The notes below the pieces were generated by a model. The model saw nothing but the letters and a program-made list of their open reading frames with translations. It was not told the DNA's origin and did not search any database. Positions 26,801-39,778 of a stretch of DNA of 64,000 nt are shown here, in pieces (the stretch's first letter is position 1; every line of letters starts with the position of its first letter). This DNA is from Kondoa subrosea (lineage: Eukaryota), in contig BCIN01000004.1 in NCBI GenBank assembly GCA_039545335.1, positions 186,001 through 250,000 of the forward strand. The letters run 5' to 3'. Position numbers and translations under genes: made by a program.

Positions 26801-27570
26801 GTATCTTCTTTGATGAGTTGGATTCAGTTGCGCCGAAGAGAGGCAATCAAGGCGATTCAGGCGGAGTGATGGATCGTATTGTCAGTCAATTGCTTGCTGA
26901 ATTGGACGGAATGGCAGACGGAACAGCTGGAGCGGATGTCTTTGTGATCGGCGCTACCAACAGACCGGATTTGCTCGATCCTGCTTTGTTGCGACCTGGA
27001 AGGTAAGCAGCACGCGCTTTGGTTGCATTACTCGCGCTAATAATTTGTCTAGATTCGATCGAATGCTCTTTCTCGGCGTCAGCGACAATCACGATGCTCA
27101 ACTTCGTATTATTCAAGCTCTTACACGCAAATTCAAGCTCAATCCAGCAACTGATCTGGCAGCAATAGCAGAACAATGCCCTTTCAACTACACTGGAGCG
27201 GATTTCTATGCTCTATGTTCAGACGCTATGCTCAAAGCTATGACGCGACAAGCCTCTGAAGTGGATGAGAGAATAGGTGAGTATTCAATCAGGATTATTG
27301 ATCTCGGCTTAGCATGTTGTAGCTGCCATGAATGCTGAACCGCCTTACTCGAATGGCATGCAAACGAAGATGACACCTCAGTACTATTTATCAGAAATTG
27401 CCCAATCGTGGGAAACAGACGTCTTGGTCTCACAAGGGGATTTCGAAAGCGCTTTGGCTGAATTAGTACCAAGTGTCTCGCAACATGAGATGCGACATTA
27501 CGCCGAGGTGCAGCAGAAGTTCTCGTCAAAGGCAGTGCAGAAGGTTGATAAGGGAAAGGGAAAGGCTTAA
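23880..27570 (+). CDS. PEX6: Peroxisomal AAA+ ATPase Pex6
   Basis: ITVARIASP; degenerate D1 (GGKGSGKK); [91 protein letters not shown]. Confidence 0.96.
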
Positions 27571-27647
27571 TACACAAGATGCATTTGAGCTATCTGCTAC
27601 AAACTTTCGACTACTTCCAGTGCTAGCCTGTTTCTTGAATGATCTAT

Positions 27648-28723
27648 CTAAGGCATAGTTTGGTTGACCTGTACAACGCTGAGCCAAAGAGAATGGCCTC
27701 GGTGAATGAACAAACCTTCTCGAGGGTCTCGGTCATCTTCAGCGCAGATTATTTCAGTTTTGCATTGCTAAATGGGAACCACAAACGTACGAATGGAAGC
27801 TTGTCCTCTGAGCTTCGATGAGCTCGAATCAGCAAATGCTGCTAAACCAGACTTACTGGCATAGATTTCCATGGCTAGATGATCTTAGGTCAGCTCGGCT
27901 CGTCATACCGGTGAACGACATACTGGGCTTCAAATTCTTCTCTGCAGGCAACATGAGGTGAGTGTTGAAACAATGAAGAGGATGGAAACATACTTTGAGA
28001 TGCTTCGAGAGTTCCTCCCTTGACCTATTGGACATTGCATAAATACAATAGAAACTACAATCATGGGTACACGCACAGCGATGATTTCTGGCGCCTGCAG
28101 AAAGGTACAGTTAGAGAGACGAGGCAACCGCAATTAGCTACACTTACAGCATCAGGGTCGTGAGCGATTGGGCAACCGCATTCGGTGCAGAAGATGCGGT
28201 GAACATCCTTGCCTGAGTCACCTGCAATGTACGTGAGCTTACATGTCTGATTATACGAAAAGAAGCATACCCTTGGAAGTGAAAGTCTTGACTGGACCCT
28301 TGATGGACAGCTTGTCTTTGGGAACGACTACAACTAGAGAGTAGGTAGATCCGGATTGTCTGTACGAGCAAGATAAGCCAAGTCGAGCTCTCTAGTCGAA
28401 CTACGCGCCTTTGGCCTGTAGTTTGAACAGTGAAATGTGAGTGGAAGAGATGATGAAGAAGACAGAGCGAGACGTGCAATCATCGCAGTGATCGTACTGT
28501 TGGCAGAAAGTCAGCAACTGATCACGTTGACGCTGAGCAGGACTTACTCCGACGAAGAGAGGTTCAGCGTCAATCTCGTAAGTGACCTGTTTGAACCATT
28601 GGCAATGACCTGTCTCATGATTTGCTCCACGTACCTGTTTGCAAAGGCAGTGTCCTCTAAGATAGACCAAGAAATTAGTATAGAACACAGCTCTGATAAT
28701 GGATTGAGTCCATACGAAAGCAT
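27648..28723 (-). CDS. GFA/Mss4-like zinc-binding protein (~14 exons)
   Basis: Spliced MLSGHCLCKQVTYEIDAEPLFVGYDHCDDCQRQSGSTYSL...GDSGKDVHRIFCTECGCPIAH...VKGGTL...EIYAKDKLPF; largely missed by the ORF track. Confidence 0.85.
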
Positions 28724-29028
28724 TTTGAAAGTCTGTAAGTTGGATCGAAGAGCTGAAAGGACTACAAGTGGTAGAGCAGGACAAGCCACGAGCAGGTGCA
28801 GGCAAAAAATATGATGAGGAATTCAATGCGGAGTGAATGTGGAGCAAGTTCGCGAATAACATGAAAATATAGCCGCAACAAGGAAACACAAGAAGAGAAC
28901 AAGCGGTGTTACAAGCGTTACTGAATGATCTATTGTACAAGAAAATGTCAATGGGTCTTCATGTGGAATCAGATTGGCAAGCTGCACTTTGATCAGCTTG
29001 CAATACTTTTTAAAAAAGAAAACATGAC

Positions 29029-30365
29029 TTACTGCATAGCTTCTTCGTGATGGTATGCGTGGTAGATATATCTATCATGAACGAAGAAAAGTATGGGGAA
29101 GAAGCTTTCTTTGCAGTTGCACAGTGCCTTGTGATCGCATCGAGTTAAATGCTCATGGCTTGAGTAGATGATACGCTTTGTAGACATAAAGGCATAACAG
29201 TGCCTGGTGAGCGCCGCATGGTAGCGCCTGCGCTGAGCCCAGAAGTAGTCCACCTCGCGATGCTCGGAAAAGTTGCTGCCCAGGACAGTCACTGGTGCTA
29301 GTGTGCTTGTCTTCCCTTCATGATCCACGAATTTGACTGCATAATCGAGTCCTTCATGGCCGGAAGTCTTCATGTAGATTAAGTGTCCCTTTCCTAAAGG
29401 TCGGTAAGATGTTGCTGGCATGACATCAGCTTCTGTGGATCCTGTTGACTCTTTGCAGACCAACCATGGGACGTCAGGACGGAAGAATTCCTTCAGACCA
29501 CCTTGAAGAGCTTCCGAGGTTCTTACGAAAGGTTCCAGGACAGCCATTGCTCCATTCTCCAAATCCGTTAAAGTCTTGGATTTATACTTGGCTGCCGCAC
29601 ATTCATATCCATCGAGAAGCCGATAAATAACTTGGCCCTTTGTTAAGACCAGACGATGCGGAGCATCTGGCTTGTTGCGGTGCATGGTACCACTGACCTC
29701 TCCTGCTTGCACCACGGCATTAAAAGTAGTGGTGATCCTGTACCGATGAGTATTCAAGCAGCCTGCCAAGTCTCCAGATATCTCCTATCGCGCAATACTT
29801 AGTTGATTGCATACAAACGGAAAGCAACCACGAACTAGAGGCTTGAAAAGAGCATATTTCTCATTGTGCTCCTCTCTGTTCCGTTCAGCCAACAGCTGTC
29901 GAGATGTCAATCTTTTGGTTCAGTGATACAGGAGATTTAAAAGCTCACCGATTCATTTCCTGGATCTGCGTGCAAAGAGGCAAGAACCTGGTTGCGCTTC
30001 TCAACAAGTGGTAGGAAAGAAGAAGTATGCTCGCCATGGTCATTCTTATTACCACGCTGCTCCTCCAGCGACAAGCGTGCCGGAGCTAGAGCCGAACCCC
30101 GGGCTGGTACTGCTGTATCTGCAGGGTGAGGTGCAGGATTTGGGGGCCGATGAGCGGCGCTGGAAGTCTGTACAGCCCCAACAGATTGAGATGGAGGGTT
30201 CGCATGTTGAATAAGGCCAGCGGTAGAATGCATCGAAGAAGCGCTACCGTCAGAAGGTTGTCCAGGATAGATTGCTCGATTCGGGCTTGACATCTTCGAA
30301 CCGCCGGAAGGAGAGTTCCCAAAGCGGTTGAGAATTCTGGCTTTAAGTGGTTCGAAGGTTGGCAT
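29029..30365 (-). CDS. Orphan protein (~400 aa): S/P/A-rich N-terminus, globular middle, His/Cys-rich end
   Basis: ORFs 29937-30365 and 29029-29769 join in frame through two canonical introns and a small exon (LLAERNREEHNEKYALFKPL); 3' end uncertain. Confidence 0.6.
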
Positions 30366-30873
30366 TGCTGAAACTTAAGGAGAAAGTAGTGGTTGCTAGA
30401 GAAGAGATGAAGAGCGAGTTCGTTCGTTCGACGAAGTCATCTGCAAGAATACTCCCTCTTATTGCGACAAAGGGAGAAAGATCGTTCGTCGGAATACCTC
30501 GCGAGCTTCTCACCCACTGCTGCCATACGAGCGTCTAACAGCATACAGACAGCAGTCTAAAGATTGTGCAAATACGATAGGTTCACCTAGCACAGCCTAG
30601 AGATGAACAACAGAGTAACGAGTGGAAGAGTAATGGCAGTAGAAGAAAGAGATAGCTCAAGTAGACGACTCGATAATCAAACATTTAACCGTGATTCAAT
30701 GTCGAAAGCCAAAATAAGCAGACAAGGATAGTACGATAGTAGTGCAATGGCACAGAAATCGCCGCTGCGTATGACAAGGATAGACGAGGATAGACGGCCA
30801 GCCAGCGACCGCTTCGAGACAAGTGACGCCAGTATTTCTTGTCTCAAAGCAATCACCTTGTCAAGCCTTGGTT

Positions 30874-32326
30874 ATGTCGTACGCCGCCTTTCTAAGCGTA
30901 CTGTTACATGACTAATTGATGCGCGCAGATACGCAGCAGTCGCAGGTTTGGCTGTCCCCTTCTGAATTTCATGACACTCGCTAATCCGGTATTGGGCTAG
31001 CACACAACGCACCAAGCGAGGCCGAGCAGCCTCACCCTGATCCTTCTCTTTTAGAAGGAGGCAACCATACAGACGACAGTGTCTCGTCAGTTGACGAAGG
31101 CCATGGTTCAGTGCGCTATCCACTCCCTTCACCGGCGGTCTCTGACTCATTCGTAATGATATCAGGTCGTCATTGTATCCGACCCGGACTTCAAAGAACA
31201 CCCTGTACGTTCCCTTGCACAGCGCTGTAACATAAGACTAATGTTTAACAAACAGCATTCCCAATATAGCGAAAACGTCGCCAAAGCTGCAGAAGAGCGT
31301 AAACAAAGAGCTAAAGAAGCTTCCTCCTCCACAGCAGCTCGCAATAGTTCCAATGAACAATACAAACAGCACACTGTAGAAGAAGTTGATCAAGCTAGAG
31401 ATCAGATCAAGAAAGATTTGGATGCTAAAGTTGGTCAAGCGGAGAAGAAAGGTCAACAAGCTGTTAATGAAGCTGAGAAGAAAGGTAGAGAAGTGAAACA
31501 AGAAGCTGGAGAAGTTTTGGAAACCGCTGAACAGAAAGGCCAGCAAGCTTTGAGCACTGCCGAGAAGAAAGGCAAGCAGGCTTTGGACGCTGCTGAGAAG
31601 AAAGGTGAAGAAGTGGTAGAGGAAGGTAAAGAAGTGTTGGGACAAGCTCAAGAGAAAGGCAGACAAGCGCTCAACACAGCAGAGAAGAACATCAATGTCG
31701 CTGAAAAGAAGACCAAACAAGCTTTGAATGCTGCTGGTGAAGAAATCGATGAGTTCGCTCAAGATCCAGAAGGCAAAGCTAAAGCCTACGCCAACAAAGC
31801 CTCAGCTAAAGGCAAAGAGATCTACAGCAAAGCTGAAACAGAAGCTAGCAAATTGTCTGAAAGCGCAAAGAGGAAAGCTTCCGAGCTTGAAGCTACTGCT
31901 GAAAAGGAGTTCAAGCGGGGAAAGAAAGAAGCAAAGGAACTTGATGCTCGCGCTCATAATGCTTTCGCTCGCAACCCTCAATTCTACACTGGTGTGATGG
32001 GAGTTGGTGAGCTGTTTGATCCTACAAATTCACCCGCGGCTTATCATTTGTGCGCAGCCAATGTGGTTGTACTGGGAGCTGTTGGTTTATACGCATACAA
32101 CAATTGGCACATGCCTCGATGGGACAAGAGAATCGTGACTGGAATTACAGCTGGTCTGACAGCTTGGTTTGGTGCTCAGTCGTACGTCGCTCCGCAGCTG
32201 TTCCGTTGTATCTAGCTGACTGAAGTTTGCTATCAGATTCTTCGCGGCTGAAGAACATGAAGTAAGTCTTGTTGCCCATCCTTCAGACTGGACTGACAGC
32301 GCGCACAGTTGCGCAAGAGGGAATGA
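30874..32326 (+). CDS. OM14-like membrane-anchored protein with LEA-like repeat region
   Basis: Spliced MSYAAVAAHNAPSEAEQPHPDPSLL...; AEKKG repeats; two C-terminal hydrophobic helices (ANVVVLGAVGLYAY...WDKRIVTGITAGLTAWFGAQS). Confidence 0.7.
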
Positions 32327-32591
32327 TCCAGTTCGACCTGAAGTCTTCTTATTTATGTGTACGAGTGACTAGTAACGCCCCTTCAAATATACACGTGTTC
32401 ATTGAGCTTCTTTACTTGACTCGATTTCGTTTTCTGATGCTCTTTCTGCTCGTTAATGCATGTCTACGGTGTGAGGACAAACAGCCATCTATAACGTATG
32501 AGACCACGATATGCTGTGTTCTGTCAAGGTTTCACGGATAATGATGCTGTAATGCTGCAATGTTTCATTTCTTTTCTTTGCTCATGTGTCC

Positions 32592-35500
32592 TTATGTATA
32601 CCACTGTCTCTTCAACTTCCTAGATTGTACCTATTAGCAGTATTAGCATAACTGAAATGATCCTGCTACCATAACATACCAAAGGCTGTGTTACAGCTAT
32701 TGCTCCGAACAGCCCAGCAAGAACTAAGACCAGTTGGAGCTTGTTGAAGTCCTCTCCGAGTACATCGAATGTTTTCGATGGCGCTACCCTAGCAGCAAGA
32801 AGATCCATTCCGTGAGCTAGGATAAGCGAAGTACTTTCGAGAATCGTTGGAGTTGCAGAAACCGCTGAGTTTGCTGAAGACAGGAGATTCCCTTGTTGCG
32901 ATAAGATCCATTTAGGCTCTGCCGGGAGTAAAGGCTCGTAGGCCATGAGATGTTCTTCCATTTCCATCGTTGTGAGCTTCTTGCCCTTCTCCTTGACTGG
33001 TCGACGAGGATCAAGGAATGTTCGAGAGATGCTCAAAAGCGCTCCAGTATCAGTAGTGACTGTCATCGCTGGTGAGCTCAATTTGTAACAAATCAGGCTA
33101 AACACACCTAGTAGATTCTTGGTCGGTATGCCTCGCTCTGTTCTTGTTGTATCGAGGCTTCTGATCACGTATGGTGCTAGATATGAGTTTGCGAAGCGAA
33201 TAGGTGGGCCTCTTAGTCTGAAACTAGTATCTTCCCTGTAAAGCTGTCTGAGCACTGTTTGAACATGTATTTTTGAAAGCTTACTTCAATACAGGCGGGG
33301 TTGGGATCTTCTTACTCTTCTTCTTCTTCGGAACAAGTGGCTTGTCATAGAACTCTGCTGAGACGACTTGAGATAGCTTTCCAAGTCCCTTCTTTTGCAA
33401 GAATGAGTAGACCAGCCAGTTTTCAGTCAATGTGGCCTGGACAGGCGAAGAAGTGATTGCTTCGCCTTCATGTAAAGATGTCCAAATTGCCTCGCCCGAA
33501 ACACTGTCTAGTAGATAGACAGCAACAGTATTGGTGGACGGAGTAGTTGTGGTGACGGCGATTAGATGAGGGTTGATGTACTTGTACAAGGTCTTGCGAT
33601 CGCCCATAACTTTCCCAAGTAGAGCAACTTTGCCTGCAACACACACAGTCAGCTCCGCGTATCAAGGTTTCGGAAAATATACCTCCAGCCTGAGTTGCTA
33701 TACTGCTAACAGTTTCATCGAGCGTCGGAGGTAGCAAGAAGTTCCAAGCTAAGTGAGTGGGGATATCCTTTAGCTGTAGAACGATCTTCAACAAGTTTTC
33801 TGTCCTGAGGTGGGAGTGCCTACTACAGAGTGATCTTCAGGCCAAAGGATCAAATAACCGAATATCCTCTTCTTGTCTTCCACATCATAATAGAAGACAG
33901 GTGCTTCAGGTATGACTGGAGATGCATCGGATAGACCAGAAACGACATGTACCTGTCTGTATTTAACTTCAATTGTCGAGCTGGCCGATGATCATGCTTA
34001 CCTTGTGAGAGGTATCGACAACCACCAGAGATGTAGCAGGTAGGCCTTGAGCCGCAGGTAAAGCAAAAGACGTCCGAATGCGGCCTTGGAACAGCTTTTC
34101 TGCTGGACTTCTGAGTTGTCCATTAGTTGCATCTAGTCGGAAAGCGACAGCTTCATAGTTGCCCTGCGACTCAAACTCAGCATCTGTTGCGGTCATGGGA
34201 TTGAGCAAGCTTACTTGACCATCTGAAACTTCACCAATTGCCAACAACGTCTTATGCGGGACAATAGCTTTCTCTTCATCGAGCAGAAGCAACTTCTTCC
34301 AATCTACCCGTTGTCCATCGGCTATCAACAACCGTTCCCAAACGACAGGCATATTTCCTTGACCTAACACATCCAAACCAAAGATTTTTCCACCTTGACT
34401 CGCCAGTACGGCAATTTTCTTGAATCCGAAACTTCTAGTCAACCAATCTTCTCCAGAGGAAGTAGAAGCGACTTGGCCTTTGAAGGAATTCAACCAATAC
34501 CCAGGTTGGGCCATATCTTTCCACTGAACGCTCTTGCCATAATCCAATAGTCCAAGAGCATGTCTCCCCCATCGATCGAGGTATGACTCAGTGATAGGTC
34601 TGACATTTTTTCCTCCTCTTGGAGTAGAAACATCAACCCAAACAGGACCGGTTCCAGCAGTCAAATCAGCTAAACCTAATTCCAATTTCCAGTTCTCTTT
34701 CTTTTCATTAGAAGTAGATGAGATCCACATTTGTAAACTTCCGCTAGAGGTCAAAATCACACTTCTGGACAACCGACTTGAATGAGGGTTCTTATGTTCT
34801 ACTTCATCAGCTGGAGGAGGGATGATAGCTAATTCTGTAGTCATCAGAGGTGTAAAGGATCCATGTAGGGCTGCGTTGTATGGGAAAGAAGAACCAGTGA
34901 CGAAACCTTTGGCTGAGATGCTCGATGGCGTTGAGGTGTAGGTTGATCCTAATGCCATGGACAGAGTGGAAGAGTAGTGAATTCGAGTCACGTGGACTGA
35001 TTGCTCTCGATCGAGCACACCGGAGAAAGTTGCATGAGGTATCTATAAAGTGGAAGTCAGAGCAGTCTAGTTGACAGCTTTGGTATAGCTCACCGCATCG
35101 TTGAATTCCCAAGCTGACTCTAATTCGCAAGTGGCACCAGGAGCGAAGCGCAATACTGAGGCAGCGCCATTTTTCTTCTTTGCCAGAAGATAACCAGCTG
35201 ATTCCAGGCCGAGCGATTGGACAGATACATATGGGTTTGTAGAGCTAGTATCTGACGCAGGCTTGTATGTACATGTTATGCTTCCAGCTGAACAGAATGC
35301 TTGAATGGAGAATGATTTCGTCAGATAGACGAAGTTGGAAAGATCAGGGAAAGGTAGGATATTGGCAGATGCATCTTCCACATAGCTTTTGATTGTATTC
35401 ATGTGTGTACTTTGGATGTCGCCAGACGAAGGATTGAAGCTGATTGTTTGAGGATGACTATCTGAGCCAACGAAAAGAATAGCATCCGAGACCACTTTGA

Positions 35501-35993
35501 TCGGAGTGTAAGCTTGGGAGAAAGACGGCAGCGGTTCCGACCACAAAGGTTCTGCATTCACTGCTTCTAGCTTGACCAAAGTCTTTGCTGTCAGACAAAG
35601 CAGCTTCGACCCGTTCTCGACGACAGCAACATCCAGTAGAGGTTCTTCAGACGTGTAGTCGCCTAGAAATTGACCAGAAGGCCCATGTAGTACTGTTATG
35701 CCTCTAGAAGACACTAAAACCAGCTTCTCGTTGACAGCAATATATCGCTCGACTCCAGGCCATTGCAGCCTCCAAGTGAAAGAACCATCTCTGGGACTGA
35801 TTGAAGCTATTACAGGATCTGCTCCAGTCGGATGCGACAAAGCATAGACCGTCACAGGCGCCGAAGCGAGATCTGAAGATTGATAATGGAAAGCAAGCTG
35901 GCTGATGTTGGGCGACAGCAATTGAAGCTGTCTGAGGCCATCCACGGCGAAGCAGGGTATAATCAGCTGTGCCAGAAGCAGCAGCAGCTTCAT
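32592..35993 (-). CDS. EMC1: ER membrane protein complex subunit 1
   Basis: Signal peptide; FGFKKIAVLAS; GKVMGDRKTLYKYINPH; ENWLVYSF; LDPRRP; TPTILESTSL; RVAPSKTFDVLGEDFNKLQL plus TM plus RKLKRQW. Confidence 0.93.
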
Positions 35994-36455
35994 CTTGAGC
36001 ATTCAGGTGGCCGTGACGAGCTGAAGATGCTCGAGCAGGTGTTGGCTCTTTTCCTGAAGCAAGCTATCACTTTGCGCATGGCACTTGCTGGCTCGCCATG
36101 CTTAATAACAATTATAGAGAGCGATCTAGGGAAGTCTCACTCTGCATCTGCGCCTGTACACAAGATTCGAATTTTATATCCAATCTGAAATTGCGTTTGC
36201 ATGCGAGGAGAAGACGCGACATGCTATCATTCCCGCTCTTCGTCTTGGAGACCATTCTTGTGCTTAGCTTGCAAATTCTCTAAGATGAATGTTCATCTTT
36301 CCAGTTGTTACCTCCATCTGTATCCGTCCTGGATGCTTGAAGATTGTTGCGATTGCTGTCACATTATCGGGCTTTTGCTCTGCTGTATGCATCCTTCCCC
36401 TCAAATTCACGGACTTTAGCGACTTAGTAATCTGGGAAGTGTTGTTCATGTTCGC

Positions 36456-36456
<1 letters not shown>

Positions 36457-36488
<32 letters not shown>
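36457..36488 (+). repeat. (TC)16 microsatellite just upstream of a start codon
   Basis: Uninterrupted tctctc... run. Confidence 0.9.
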
Positions 36489-36493
<5 letters not shown>

Positions 36494-36510
36494 ACCACCA
36501 ACCATACAAT

Positions 36511-37182
36511 ATGTCGGAACAAGAAGAACCGCTCGCTCATCCTACCTGGATGCCCAAGGGTGCTATTCGGTATGCAGCTCTTCCTTCCTTGCTTATCTCC
36601 TATTGAACTCGAACGTAGCGATCCCTGTGCTCAGTGCTATATTTCAGCGCCTGGCATGCGTAAGGATATTCTGTATGGCCCTTTTCTCTGCTTAGACGAT
36701 ATCTAAAGCGAGCTGTAATAGATCTCAACCCAAACTTCGCCCATCAACTATCGAACGAGATGGCAGTGCTCCGATTACCATAGCTCAACATGAATCTCAT
36801 CTTCCTGATCCTCATTTCTCTTCCGCCAAAGAACAGGTCAAACGAAACTATTCTCATTTCAATCAACCTAGACCAAAGACAATTTTACCTTTATCTTTCG
36901 AACTTCACTATGTCAATCCTACTACTATGGACCGAGATGTCAAGATCGTGTTCAGGGATGAGAAAGGCGAAGAGACGGTTTTGGTTGAGATACAGCTGGA
37001 TGGCAATTTGATCAAGGAAGTTGTGACAAGACCAGATCTACCTGCTGGACAGTATGGTGAGTTTATACATCTACTTAGTACAGTGTTAGTGCTAATGGAA
37101 TGGAATAGACTTGATCGCTTGCCTACAAAACAAGCTGGGCGAATGGGAAGAAGATGTGCGAGTTCCCGTTATCATCAGCTGA
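36511..37182 (+). CDS. Hypothetical protein
   Basis: MSEQEEPLAHPTWMPKG...; four GT-AG introns give a continuous frame ending ...EEDVRVPVIIS*. Confidence 0.55.
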
Positions 37183-37676
37183 GATGGCGAGAGCAAGGAG
37201 TAATGGTAGGACGAGCATCATACGACAGCGAGATTGGGACTGCTTTGGACAATCGAAAATTAATAGCTTTAGCCTCAGGTTTATGTAATCAGGTTGCCGT
37301 CGAACAAGCATACAGCTACAGACCTTGCTCAAATAACTTCAAAGCGCGGGTCTGACCAATGTTATGCGCTGCATCTACTTCGAATTCGAAAGCTGACGCT
37401 ACTGTACTCCTATACCTATCACCAATGGAAATCCATTCACTTTGCTCGTGCTCCCTGCTTATACAAATGTCGTCCTTTCATCTCGCGCTATGCATTGTAT
37501 AGCATCTTCAATATGGTGTCTACGGCTTCCCAAAGCTTCTGCTCTTCCATTCTTCTGGCTATTCGACGGCCGAAGGCACATGCTTCATGCTGACCGTGTC
37601 TGACTGAAACACGGAGTTACGAACGGCCAACGCAACCTCCTGCTCCTCTTCTACACCCCAACCACATCACACGAAT

Positions 37677-38743
37677 ATGGCCTTTCCTACCGGGTATTGG
37701 AAGGAGATGCCTAAATCTGAATATGCAGACTTATCCTGTACTGAAGCTGGCTCACTGTATGTACTCTTCAATGATCAGCATATTTACTTATTCAGAGCCT
37801 TCTATAGCTGGCTTGGCCCTCCTTCAGAAGCTGTCATTCGAATATCTGGAATCACTGAATTGCCTGCGGATGCTGAGATTAAGGTATTCGACTGCGCGTA
37901 CGTACCAAGTGCCCTTACTGATGTATAACATCGTTAATGTATACATTCAGAGCTGGAGCTGGCATAGTCGGAAATCTCCTTATGCATCTTCCTGGCATGA
38001 AAGAACGCAAGAACATGACTTTATTGTTTGGTGATGTTCAACCTGCTGGAATCGACATCTGCAACAAGAGAATTGCAGACAATGGGTGGACCAATGCAAC
38101 AGCTCAAATCATTGATGCTCATGTGGGTCCTTCAGTCCTTTAAATTTCATCTCGCTCAGACTGGGAGCAACAGGACACCAAACTACCAGACAAATACTAC
38201 ACTCATATCTTGATGAACTATGGTGTTCAACTCTTCGCTCAACCGGAAGTCGCTCTTCGAGAAATGTCTCGAATTCTCAAACCTGGTGGTACAATCGCTT
38301 TCTCTTGTCAGAATGTGATGGGATGGACTGTAACGCTCAAAGAAGCTTGTGATAATCTAAAGTTACCAGCTCCTTTGTAAGTCATCTCTTTTCGCAGATG
38401 AACGGCATCTGAATTCCTTCATAACAGCGATATGAAGAAAGCTCTTCTTCGTCATTGGACTGATGATTCCTGGTTACCTAAGCTCAATGAATGTGGTTTC
38501 GTCGGTGCTCGTTGCGAATGGATGGAGAATCCTGTTCATGTTGAAGCGCGTCACGACGAAGATGTCTTAGCTTTGGATCGGATGCTTTGGCCCGTGCTCA
38601 CTAGGGAATGGGATGAGGAGTCAAAGACTAAGAAAGAGGAATGTTTGGCCGAAGTTCATCGACTTATGAAGAAGGAACGTGAGGAGACTGGGAAATGCGT
38701 TGTCAGAATGGCAGGACCAATCTTCGTTGCGAAGAAGGCATAG
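37677..38743 (+). CDS. Class I SAM-dependent methyltransferase
   Basis: Motif I KVFDCA|AGAGIV; GDVQPAGI; IIDAH|DTKLPDKYYTHIL; ALREMSRILKPGG. Confidence 0.88.
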
Positions 38744-39778
38744 TCTAGTGATTTAGGGTCAGTCAGTACTGCTTCTTCCGTTTGATTGTATACTGATGCT
38801 TCCTATGCAGCATCATCTTATCCATCTTTATCGATGCAGAGATCGGAGCTCGTTATTTCTAATTAAACAAGACAGCGTAAACCTCATCTATGAATATGTC
38901 TAGTGCTCGGCATGACAGTCAGACAAAGCGTTCCTCCCAGTAACGAGTATCAGACCTTCGCTTGTGTTGACGTGAACCGACCACGCATATATATACACGA
39001 ATCGCAGACCTGCCATAGCTGCTTCCACTGCGACGAAGAATGAGATCGATTCTTTGACGGCTACTGATGTTCAGATCGCTTGAACATGTGGATTTCAAGA
39101 CGACTCACTGATATCTGCCTCAATACTATCACTGCTTGTCTATAGGCAATTGGTACTCGGCTCTGGCATGAAGCTGCGAAGACTAAAGCCTGGCAAGAGC
39201 AGACTTCAGGTCCTTGATTCGGTAAAGCCTACTCCGCTTGTCAATCAGCCTTGTCCTAGTTCTTTTGGCAGACATCTGCGATACGATAACCTGGTGATTC
39301 GCATCATGCTATAGTACAGATGTACAGCCCAGTCCTGGAAATGTCAACTCCTTCGCAGAACAAGTGATTTGTCTGTCTCCACGCCTGGTCGGTCTGACCA
39401 TCGTCCTCAATTCTATCTCGATCTTTGATCAGTATTTATATCTACGCATCGCCTCATGCGGGCTTATGAGGCAGTTCAGTCTGTACAAACGGCTCTAGCT
39501 GTCTGGTTTGTCAAGCTCCCTTCAAAGTAAATCCAGATTGCAATTCAGTGCGTTCATATCTTCTCTATGACATGCGACTAGCTATTACTAGACCGACTAT
39601 TCGCGTTTTGGCGTTGCTCATTGTAGTTGGAAGGTTTCTTCTTGCCAAAAAGCATATAAAATCGATTATAGTCCTTCTCTCTTCTCTTCCCAAACCAATA
39701 TTCATCTCTTTTCCCCTTTCTATTGAATTCCTTAGCCATCTTAGCCAATCCAGCTCAGCCTTCTACTACCTGATCATA

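Noticed and set aside
28437..28814. 125-aa + strand ORF
   Set aside because: It is antisense to the well-supported multi-exon GFA gene.
31238..31762. Hydrophobic 174-aa antisense ORF
   Set aside because: It is the mirror of the Lys/Glu-rich repeat on the + strand.
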